From the NCBI GenBank assembly GCA_040954595.2, contig CM082576.2:8373129-8437128 (forward strand): a stretch of 64,000 nucleotides of DNA, in the 5' to 3' direction. Shown here piece by piece: positions 1-11,998 of this stretch; position 1 is the first letter of the stretch, and each line of letters begins with the position of its first letter. A model generated the notes under the pieces. It was not told where the DNA came from. It saw only the letters and a list, made by a program, of their open reading frames with translations, and ran no database searches. A program made the translations under genes and the position numbers. The stretch is from Balanoglossus misakiensis (Eukaryota > Animalia > Hemichordata).

Positions 1-184
1 ATTGTCGGCCATTTTTAATTTCCAAAATTGATTTAATTTAATATAATATTGCTCCCTCGTTCAAGATATTTTACATGGCGACCCCTAATTTTTATTCTCA
101 ATATTAAGAGATAATAATATGAATTTGCCTCGAGCAAAGTATGAAAGAAAGTTTGAGTCTGTTTTTCCAAGTGCATTCTACCTT
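1..184 (+). mobile_element. Right part of a decayed dispersed repeat (MITE-like, ending in ...ctacctt)
   Basis: Shares ttgcctYgagYaaaRtatga...ctacctt with 6735-6830. Confidence 0.5.
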
Positions 185-3100
185 CACGGAATTGTGTTCA
201 TATTCCTTCTTACATGGAGGCATTGCCTTTTTGTAATTTGGTAGAACGATTGAACCCTGGAACAAAACTGACATATACTAGTCAGAGGCGACAGACACTG
301 TGAGCTGGTTAGCGTCAGACACCCCTCCTCCTCTTCATTCACGTTACAACCACATGCGTGCGGGTTTTTCACGACTCGCTACTGAAACAGGTGGGCTGGG
401 TATTAGCTATCTGCCTTTCGTGCAAAGCCAGCGTAATTATACGATTTAAGGAAAGCCATAACTCAACCGTATTGGCGGCGGATCTATAGATTGTTAATGG
501 AAAGGATGGAGCAGTCGCCGCTTTTCAAACAAGGGAGAGCATGGAAAGCATATTTTTTACTTGATAGCCTTGAATTGTTTAATAATAATAATATCCAGCT
601 GCCGTTTGGCATTGAGATATACGCCCATACATATAACGTACTGTAATGAAAATTAAAATATAAGGCGTTTTATTTTTTGCGGAGTAATAATACGATTCGG
701 AAACCAGGTTCCTTCACAAGACGTGTCAATTATTGCAGGTTTGATTGGACATCGATGGCAGCACAAAACAGCCATTTTTTACTCCGCCGAGCAACAGCAG
801 ATGTCAGTCCATTTAAACACTGTTGTGGGGGGGGGTGGTCTCATTGGCATGCGCTGTGTTGACGCGTTCCGGGGGAACTACGCGCATCCACTTACGTATA
901 TGTGAGGGAATTACATAACTGCTGCTGTAGAATGCGTGATTGCATTATTCAAAGCTCGTTCAAAATAAAAGCGAGCGAAAAGTCAACATATCACCTGCTC
1001 CACAAGGCTATGACTGTAGCTTTTTATGGAGCTCTTGCAGAATAAATAGTGGGGATCGATCAAGTTGATATCTCGAAAGGTTAAATTCGGTATTGTGTTT
1101 TAGCGGTAAAAAAGGCCAGTAGCAATTTTAGATCTATTTTGGGGGTTGGTGCCTGAAATTTCCATAATCTAATTGGTGTCCGATAACGAGGTTTATTAGC
1201 GCTAGGCTTCCGCCCACATCACTTCGAACTCCGACCATGTTGCAAAAAAGGGGCGATTCGTTTTAATTTTTGCTCTGGAAAGTGCGCATATTTTCAAGCA
1301 TAAAATATTCAGGGGGATTCTGGTAGAACAAACTGATCCGAAAATTGCAATTATCCCGTTGTTATCGGCCGACTGGCGCGGCGACCCCCACGCACACTGA
1401 GGAGGGATATAAAAATAGCTCATGATGAATTATGCATTAGCACCCTGTAGAAATGATAAAAGCGGGTATGGTGCGCGGCACTTCGGAGGTTTTAATACGG
1501 TCTAGATTTTATGTGCCTTCCGTAAAATGTGTTCCAAACTTGAGGAGAATCTGTGACAAGAATACATGGCGCTGAGTGCAGTTATTAGCAACATTATCAC
1601 AAGAGCTACCGACAACCCAAAGGCTGTCATATTATTTTCGGCAAAAATGTCTGCGGTCTCGCACGTGACCGATTAATACTTGAAGTGTACATTTCGTAGC
1701 GAGAGATTCATGTCATCGAAAATTGAGAGAGAGCCTTTGAATTAATATTCATGTAAAGTATACAGTATACTCCATATGGATTTGTTTATGCTGGTTGAAT
1801 TTTGATCGAACGTCAGAACATCACGGTATACACAGATCTGTGTCGGCAAAGACATGACTTGGTTGTGACAGTGAACTGTGACAAAGGTCCACATACACAA
1901 GTATAGCGCTTTGATATCACCACTGGGTGTGGTCCGTGACAGTGTCTGAAGATTTTGAAAATGTAACCTATCCCATATCTACACGACTGTATGTAGACTT
2001 GCCACTTTCGTGTGAATGCATCCGTGAAATCTGTCGAAAACATGTTTACAGGGCCTGTTACGCAAATGCCCTCTCGTCTGCCGGTAACGGTGGACTTGAC
2101 TTATCATGTGTGCAGTTTTGTAGCGGTACCAAGGCAGTTGGTGCATGGACACTATCAGATGGCAGATAAATTTAAAACGGATTTCTCTAGGTCCAAACCC
2201 ACCACAGAAAACAATGACTCAGGCATAGGCATGGCGGTGAAAAGGTTAAGTCAAGAGTACAGTCTATAGGTCTGCAGGTGAATGCAAGGAACATGTATTT
2301 GTTGATGGGTTTGACATTACCCTGGCATTGGACATGACGTTTCGCCATCAGGAAATCTAAATCACTCAGCTGGATAGCCGAGTCGGTATTAACTTGCCAT
2401 TTTCGAGGTTTTACAGATTATTCCCACTTGAGTTATTATTGCCATCAACTACAGACAGCTGATATATGACGGCATGTCCACTACACACGGCCCTTTCCTG
2501 TTGTCCCTGCATAACTTGTGATGAATGCAATTTGCCAGAAAAGAGGCAATCTTTAACAGAGGGACAAGGCAATATCCGCGATGATGGACGATCCAAACGG
2601 ACGCATTTCATGGCCCGTGGGAGCAAAAAATCCCCCCGCCATCCTTCCTAATCGTTGCTAAGAACCCCAATAAATCAAGAGATCGCACGGATCGCCCAGA
2701 TGAAACGTTATCGATGAATAAAGAGCGCCGTGAAAAAAACCATCACCGCCAACGATAAATTATCGACGGCTATGTACGAGGCTGTAGACGCTCGCTTGAC
2801 GGGAGGACACAAGCCGACGGAGATTTGAAGCCGCGCGCATTGCAGAGGAACTGTCAGCCGCGCTGCCCGCACCTTGTCGCCGGCACAGGGTCGCCACCGG
2901 TTTAGTATAGCGGTGAATCTCGCGCCGAAGGTCCAGTGCCTTGATTTGTCCGAAGGCCGGCGCACAGTCCGCAAGGGAGCCAATAAACAATACCAGCGAA
3001 CGTAGCCGAAACACATAAAAATAAAATAAAACGCATAACAGTAGTGTCAACAATGGGTCAGATTTCAAACCGATTTGTGAAACATTCGTCGTGGTATTGA

Positions 3101-6100
3101 TCTCAGACAACTTGTGACAATTGTTCGATTTTTGGAGGATCTTCACAATATCACATAACACATTCAGAGTATATGCCATATATATTCAGAACCCATCCAA
3201 CTTATTAAGTAATCACTCGTATCGATGTCAATTTTACGCTTTTAAATGATGATGGCAATATATGATAACAAGAAGTTCTTGCAGAAGTGTACAACGTTGC
3301 CTATAATATGGTACACACATATGCTATACACATATGATATGATATGATGATGTGATAGTTGTGTTTTGAACGTTGAACGCATATTGAATTAAAACGACAC
3401 TTAGAGTGACGCCTCCAATAAATTTTCGGCAAAACGTATGCTATCCCTTGGTCGGATTTGTGGTTTGTGAATGAATGTACGAGGCGTGGTAAAATAACTC
3501 GATTAGCGTTGAAATAGCATTTTAACCATGTCTCCGGCTTTGAGAAAAACACAGCACCAATGTCGAACGTACAGCGAAAACGCACACATCTCCCCAATAA
3601 TGAAATTACAATATTTGGCCTATCTCGCCGATCGATCTTCTGCAGATAAAACTATATTTGATTGCGGAAATAAACACGGTAATGAAATTACATTCACGCT
3701 CGTAATTATTTTAATGGAATTTACCAATAAACGCCACTGGAAATAAAGCTGTGTAATTTTTTGTTTCGGGGTTGTAACTATAGGACCATGTTTTGAAGTG
3801 TGTGCCGGGTTGGACGTCAACTGAATGTGGATTTTAACCATGGCGACGTCGTGAGACCGTAATCTTTAGAGCGCTCTGTGACTGATATCAGACTATAAAA
3901 AGTGTTCAAAAGATATTCACTTTGATCTATTTCATGGTTTGTTGTCGTTTGACGAATCTTTCTCCGTGTTTTTTTAATCCCCGGAGCGGCAATACGGAGA
4001 ACTCAGAGAAATAGGAAAACATTTGAAAATGCCATACCACCGCCGCGGACAAGCCGCCTTGGGAATACACAATTTTGTTTTACACACGAGCAAGGAAATT
4101 TGACTGGACTGACGGGAAATCGACTGCAGCGGCGCATCAGTTTTAGAAAACGCACAACAATGGCGCTTGTCAGAAACAGATCATTTCGTCAGAAACGCGC
4201 ATAAAAGGACCCCGGGCATACAAGACTCCGCCATTGTGGTGCAAATTTATATCAAACCGCTGAGAATGACTTTTTCACTTCTTTTGCCCGTCAACGACGG
4301 GGATAAAAGGCTTGTCATGCAAATCTGCGACTGGAAAATTCCAGAAGCGCTTTTACACGCTTCCTTTCTTGATTCACAGGGGATTTGAAAAATGACTCGA
4401 AAGATTTTATTTATTGGAATCTGTTAAAACCCGGCGAGCTCTTCTGACGGTGGCCCCGGGCAATGAAACTAAATATCGCCAGCTCTCTTCGATCAGTGCA
4501 CAACTCCAAAACACCATTCTGACTTGTTGACGTCGAGGTTGACACGTGATTTCAGCGAAAAACGCGGCTTCTGGAGCTAAAAGTGTACTGTTACCATGGA
4601 GATGTGAAACGCTTATAATCAATCCCAAAAGCGCATGCGTACAGCACGGACAAAGTGAAGGAATACGTGCACTGGACAAACAGCGTCACAGTTGTAACAA
4701 ATAACGCTTGCGAAGTGTCGCTAACCAAATTATCAACGATCGCGTTATCAACCATCACGAGGTCTGACCAAACATATCAACGATTTATAGATCTAACTTG
4801 ACGACAACTAATAAAAAAAACATGGCGGCGTCAAAGTTTGCCCCTGGCTCATAAACGAGTGAGCTGAGAATACATCATTTCGGATTTTTCATTTTCATGA
4901 AAGCGCGAAAACGATAAATGAGTTCAATGATAAACACTTGCAGCTACTTGGCTGGGTTGCGAGGTCAACAGGCACTGAACCGTTTATTACAACACCGCGG
5001 ATTACGTACTGCATCGATCCGAATCAACGACGGATCTAGCTCGGGCAATCGACTTGAACTCGGCATCTACACCCTGGGAGCCATCATTGTACCAGCAACG
5101 TCTTCTCAGTCAGTCGCACACTTCCTTCGCTTACACATATCACATGTTCAAGACGTTCTTATGTTTTTCTATTCTTCCCCTACAATCAACCAATCTGGTT
5201 ATCTTTCATTCCGCAGAATTGTATGTCAGGCGCGGTCGCCTGCGGTCTCAGAAACCCTTTACTTTGTCCATTTTGTCTAAATTTCCGCACAGTGTAGTCT
5301 CCTTAGCAACGAGGACGCGTTTGTGAGGGAAAATCGGTTGCACAATAATGTCCATCATTGGATGTGACCTTCCGGTTGCATTTTCTTTTCTCCAGAGAGA
5401 AACAAACTACTCATACCGAATGCATTATCAGCCATTGACACCAAAGGAATGAGAATTTATACCCTGAATCTGTTATTGCGCGCACGACAAAAGTGGTGCA
5501 ACTCTCAGCGATTACTAGGCTGATTTGCGTTGTCATGGCAGTGAGCACCGTTTCTATGGCACCGTATGGATTTGATGGAGTTTCTTGCCGGGAGTGTAAA
5601 GAAACGCACTATTGATCATGATTTAAAGACCAATTTATTGGAGACCACCCATAAATGAGTTATTTATAATATACGATGATGCGATTTGTGTAAAATAATT
5701 TCGCGGATTGTTTGACTTGTTCGCAGACTGGCTTTGATTTTCTGCAAATGTTAATATTTTATATTTTAATATATGTATATATCTGTGTGTGTGTGACACA
5801 GTGTGTGCTGTGTGTATCACATACAGACAGACGGTACCATAAATAGGCCAGTATTGATACCATCTGTAGTCTCACCTCGCGGTGAAAATTAGAGAGATAC
5901 CACGGCCCTATTAAGGTTTTCGAATCCATTTTGGATGACAGAGCACTTCTGGGAGAAATTGATCCACTGATCATACACCTTTTTGTTAAACTCCATCAAC
6001 TAGATGATCATTTTTCCTCCATTAACTGGTTGATCGTTTTAGAAGAAAAAATCTCAGAGGCGCCGACTGTGTATAGGTGCCCGCGGTCGTGCTAATGAAC

Positions 6101-6721
6101 TGTTCGTCAATGGATGCAGTGAAGGCGATCTTCTGTTGGAGTATTCTGTTGAAAGTGGAGGCATCTCGTAGCCTCGCGCCACGACACATCGTTATATTTT
6201 CTTGAAGAACTGTTATTTCTTTTGAGAGATCATCTGCTCGTGTTTGGAAGGCACGTTGATCTATTAAAGCTGTCATACATCAACGGAGAAAGGAGTTTAG
6301 CACCGGTCTCTCCTGCTCACATGAAGTGGAAGGGTATTCGTTTTTTTTTTCAAAAATGGTGTTTTGAACAACACAAATGATTGTGCATAGATGCAATGCA
6401 GTAATTGGTACCTTACTAATGACTACAGGACTTACGGCACACGCCCTAGATGCCCTTTATTGTCCAAGATACGCCTGAACCCTTCGAAAAGACTTCAAAT
6501 TTACTGCATCACCACCGAGGAAAAACACAAATGATTGAGACCACAAAGATAGCACCAACCCTGACACTGCGGCGGCTGATAAACACACAGGTCCAATGCA
6601 ACAACAATACTATCGAGAGGATTGCCCCAGAACAGGCAACCCCCTCCCCCCCCCCCGGACATCACTCACCACCACCATCCTAAAAGCTAGGGCTAGGGTT
6701 AGAGATGGGTTATAGTGTCTG

Positions 6722-6830
6722 GTAAAAATCACTTTTTCAATTTTCTCCATAGAGTCAACATAGTGATTGCCTTGAGTAAAATATGAGAAAAGGATGTAGA
6801 CTTTGAATTTCGAGGCGTTTGCTACCTTAA
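6722..6830 (+). mobile_element. Second decayed copy of the same MITE-like repeat, ending ctaccTTAA
   Basis: Similar to 120-184; the terminus abuts TTAA, as for TTAA-targeting DNA transposons. Confidence 0.5.
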
Positions 6831-8539
6831 ATTTCACGCAATGAACTAAGTATAAACTCCTCAAAGGCCGAGTGGACAAATGTTTGAATGCCAAGTCAGT
6901 GTGTATTTCCTTGACTATTCAGTGGGAACATTGTAAAATTGACGACGTGACGATATTATCGAAGAGACTAAAATCTATTCTTTATTCTTATCCCCTAACG
7001 CCATTCAACCGAAACGCAAATCGATTAAAACATCGATGCATACACGTATACAAAAGTTTATTTTCGATGTCATTCCTGTAATAATACAATATTCCCCCAC
7101 CGAGTGACGCAGTAGCCTGGCTCCAAGGCAATTAGAGGGCGCTTTGGTTGTTCTTTCACAGCCATTTTAGTTCTTGCACATTCACGTCTGGTATTAAAAA
7201 CGTCTCAGTTCGTCGACATCTGGCTGTATAAATAATGAAGATTAGAATTTCATTTCAAAAGCAGGAAATTGAAGTCCCAATTATTTAGGGGTCAGTACTA
7301 ACAGAAGACTAATATCGGCCTCACAAACAGACATCGCATTAGTTTGAAGGTGTAACACTGTGAACGCCCCCTTTATTTCCGGGTAAGAAACACGGAGCTG
7401 TCGTTACACAACACCTCTCAATTTCTGAAAAAATAAAACGGATGAAAATGTGTAACAGCCATCCCTTTTTTTCATCCACGGCCGCGACTGGTTGAACGCC
7501 TCGCCCGCGCTGAGCATGTTTTTAAGTGTTATTAAGTCGACGTTTTGACACAAACATTGATGATGAGTTACCGCCTCTGGGCTTTGAAGACATTAAACAA
7601 ATTAAATGGCGTCCCCATTAGACAAGACATTTGTCGAGCACGGCGCACACCGTCCATCTATACCCGGCTGCGTGCGCAGACACTCCTGATTTGAGGGCCA
7701 TTAATGGAAAGACGTTAAAAAATTCATGATCAGACATTTTCCCCCCTCCATATTAGCTGTTCCAACAGTTGTCCATTCATTATGGTCGGCAAAAACGCGT
7801 TTCGTGTGCACGACCACTAAATCACGGTGGCCGCCTTCGCATCTCAAAAGACGCCTTCTTCATAAACACACTCGGTTTCCAAGGCGACTCTTCATCAACA
7901 AATTGGGGCAAGATCGAGTGTACTTTCATCCTACGCACTGACTATTGTAGAGCGAGGTTGAAATTGCCTCTGGAAAGTGAAGATGACATTGCTAAGAGAG
8001 TACGTGATTTGATTATTGAAAAAGGGAATAAAAAATTTCAGAATTTCAATAAAAATTCAATTTGGCTTTTCGGCCTTCATCTTCGCGTCTTGAAATATTT
8101 CCCAGACGGTGTAATTCATATGTTTGCTATACATGTATTTCGTTTGCTATCACAAGCACACAAATAAAATAAATCTAACTCACTACGCCTAGTTATATTT
8201 ATTTTAGTTAATATTATTTTACGCTGAATTGTGTTTCGAATAAGAAGATATTTGAGGTGCAAATTTCATCTGGCTTGGAAACCTGAAAAAGCTACAGGTT
8301 CGAAAATATTCACACACAGTCGGGATACCAAGCTGTTCATCAGCGACAGAGCACTTCATGGCTAAAAATACTCGGGGACGAAGGCAAACGGTTTTTATCT
8401 TCGTTCGTCGGTTTTATTTTACACGGCGGATTACACAATCCACGACGGGATTTGCTTCTCGAACAAATCTGAGTGCTAAAAACCCTTCTTTGTTCTCGTT
8501 TGTTGACCTTCTGATTTTTGTTTTCTATCTCCCCCACAG

Positions 8540-8770
8540 ACAGCAGTTTTCTTCTGTCTAACGCCCAAATCGTCGACTACCCGATTGTATATAGCAATGA
8601 CGGGTTCTGCAAAATGTCCGGCTACAACAGAGCCGAAGTTATGCAAAGGAGCAGCACCTGTAGTTTCATGTACGGGGAACTCACCGACAAGGAGACCATC
8701 AAAAAGGTCAGGAGTGCTTTCGAAAACTACGAAATGGTGCAGGTGGAGATACTTATGTACAAGAAAAACA
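8540..8770 (+). CDS. eag: eag exon, PAS domain ([29 protein letters not shown]...EILMYKKN)
   Basis: Polypyrimidine tract and cccacag acceptor; donor a|gtaagt; near-identity to the EAG PAS domain. Confidence 0.96.
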
Positions 8771-11700
8771 GTAAGTCTCTTTCTTTCATTCCTGTGTGTA
8801 AGACATTAATGGTTTTCTTGATGTTATGTGGTGTGACGTAGACGTGTGCCATATTTTACTAACGATCGACTGAGTGTGCGCATAACATCGAAGATGAAAG
8901 AATGCATTAAAGGTATACGGTCACCGTATGCGTGGCCACGCGAAATAGAGCCCCACCACGTGGTCATTAGAAGTCTTAGACACACACTTTTAACCTTGTA
9001 TACCGCCGATTGTAATTTATTTTATTCAGCTTGCAGAAGGGCAGTGTTGACTTCTTAATAGTAACGTTGACAACCAAACAACGTCGAGAGAGGGCGGTTA
9101 GTTTTTCGCTATACTGGTACAGATTTAGCTGTTTTATCCACAGCGGCAGACTGCGCAACCGATTCACTCCTTTGAACACTCCGCCCACACTCTTAAACAA
9201 GTAAACCCCCCGACTTGTGCGTGGGAGTACACGTTTGTGCATGAATATGCTGTGAAGCCATTTTCAGGGGGCCGTGGTCTGATTTTCTTTCAACGACTAG
9301 AAACAGATGGAAGAAATTTCATCTTGACTGCAAAACTATTTTTTTAAGTTTTGTTGGAGCAACGGTGGCAATCAGATGTTGCGAGACAAACAGAAGCATC
9401 AACAATGAAGAGATATGCCGGCGATTGTTAAGACTACTTGAGCCGAAATGATACTAGTAGATTCTCATTGTCGGGAACACGACTACAAACTTCTGTCATG
9501 CATGTCGATTTCATCAAGGTTCAATTTCGGTGGAGATGAAAGGCGAATGATCGCGATGAAACAAGCATATATATCACAAACTCTGCAACGCTGTCATTAA
9601 ACCGCATTATACTTTTTTGTAATCCTGTAAGTAACATCTTCTTCCAAAGGATAAGATGACATTTAAAAAAATTAAAACTTGTCTATCTCATCATTTCATT
9701 ATCGGAGCCATGTATTACCGCTGTGCACTACAGCCATAAAAATATAATTGCATCGTTATCTGAGGTTTTATCGCTGAGCATGGATATCCAATTTGGCCAA
9801 TTATTGATAAGCTGCAATCTTTTTTTCCCCCAGGAACGCCTCTCTGGTTTTTACTCCACGTCGCGCCGATCAGGAACGAGAAGGAAGAAGTCGTGTTGTT
9901 TCTATGTACATTCAAAGACATAACAGCCTTAAAACAACCCATAGAGGATGAGTCAACACGGGGTATGTGTTTCTTCTTCTGCGGAGAGAAAACGGTCGAA
10001 TGATGGCCGTACTGCAAACTAATGTTTCGCACTTAAAAGTGACATGCACATTGTATTCCATTCATATCCACACACACCAGGCTGCCACGTTTTTTTAGTG
10101 TTTTGATCTGAACTAGTGAGATCAACCCCCGGCTTTGATGTAACTCTGCAATAAGAATGTCTTTCCGATCCAAAAGTCTTCCAAAAGTCGTTGTGCATCA
10201 TCATTGGAGTTAAGGGCTATCGCCTGTCGGAGTACAGTCTGGTAAACACAGCATTTCCGAACCGTTCTATTTATATGAGGTGCATTTTGCACGGTTTGGT
10301 TTATCATGTGTTAAAGCAGAGACTCTGTCAAGCAGGTCAAAAGAAGTTTAGTTTGAGAAAACAGATTTATTTCTCCAACGACAAATCTAGTCTACATCTC
10401 ACAATCATGCCCTCCCAGAAAGAGAAATGTGGCTCAAGTCATAATATTTCAATTTTGACTACCATGAGACGATACGCAGTGAAGGTATAGAAAGATAACG
10501 GATTTGCAGCGGAAAGCTTTGAAATATTGATGAATATACGAACAAAATAATCAGACAGTCTATGGGTGATTCAGGGAAACGATGTAAAATGGGGGGGGGG
10601 GGGGGGGGACGCGCCAGATAAGAAGCAATTCTACGATAAGGCGATCAACAATTTCTTAACGTTTTTTGTTGTTGCTGGAAAATAGTTTCGTCTGCCTTTC
10701 GATAAACAGCTGAGGTTGGTGGATGGGGTATGATCGATGGAATAACGGAGTGAACAAGGTGCAAATGACAAAGAAAGAATTCCCGTTGAAACCTCGCATC
10801 CACACACAACATGCATGAAAGCTGTAGCTCGGCAGACAGAAAGTACAACACAGCCATTTTGGGGGGTTTCTTGCTGGACAATTTTTTTTTCGTCCAGCAG
10901 TAAACACGGGTGTATTTTTGAAGAAAATTAGTTGTTCCATTGCTACTACAATCAAGTTTTGAAAATGAATAATGCAGATTAGTTTTTTGACTCCCGAATT
11001 CTCTTTGTCTTCTCTTTATTCCTCCATTTCTTATACACTCATAGCAGAGGATCGTACAGAAGGTATCACAGTTTATCAGTGAATGTCCTGCACGTGCACG
11101 CATCTAATTATAGCTTTATAGAGTTTTTAGAGGTCACCTTCCAATCCTGCGATTGGGACGCAAACATTCAGTTTCAGATTTGCAAAATCAAGATTTCTGA
11201 TACTAACTTAAATGTAGAATCAAGGGTGGAAAGACATAGTGTACTTTATTAAGGCTTTTATTGCCACCTCCGTGTTTTATTTTGGAGTGTCAACACATTA
11301 CTACTTATTTACTTCAAGCGTTTGCAAGTAGTATGTTTCCTCGGTATGCTTGTTTTAATGTACACTAGAACAGTGCATGCGCAGTGGCAACTTGCGTTTC
11401 CTGCCTTAAATACTCGCTCTGCAGATCCACCCTTTACGCTTGTTCTTCTTTGCACACTAATAAGCACATGTGTCATCATATCATCATCTAGTTACTAGGT
11501 CAATTTCATCTGGATTCTCAATTCAGTCTTTGTAAAGATTTTTTTTACATATTATATATATAAACCTCTAACTTTCATTTACTTTCAGCTTATCTCGATT
11601 CTTTCACGAATGTCTTTGATTTTGATCTGCTTAGTTTTGCACGTCGGTGAGACTGTAGCCCTAGCTTATGGGATATAGAAGTTTAATTAATTAATTATCC

Positions 11701-11958
11701 TTCGAATGTACCATATTCTCTACGTCATCATATCTTTTAGGCTTAGTTTCTTTTTTTATCATATATTCGACATTTATCACAGTGACTTCATCTTAGAACT
11801 CTCCTTCCGCCTGTCCCGTCTAACTGACATCTTCTACTTTGTCCATCCGTTTTACTTTGACAGTTTCCATGTGGGTCACGTTTTCTCATTCTATTATTAT
11901 CTGGGTTTTAGTTCGCGATCATTTGACCTCCCTTCCTCATCTCTCCCCCTCTCTCCCT

Positions 11959-11998
<40 letters not shown>

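Noticed and set aside
6050-7150. CTCF-like GAGGGCGC cores (also near 27798 and 38978)
   Set aside because: Only partial matches to the CTCF consensus; expected by chance or in repeats.
11589-11646. Possible extra eag exon ([19 protein letters not shown]) with plausible AG/GT sites
   Set aside because: At 58 nt it would shift the frame; there is no support beyond the splice dinucleotides (at most a poison exon).
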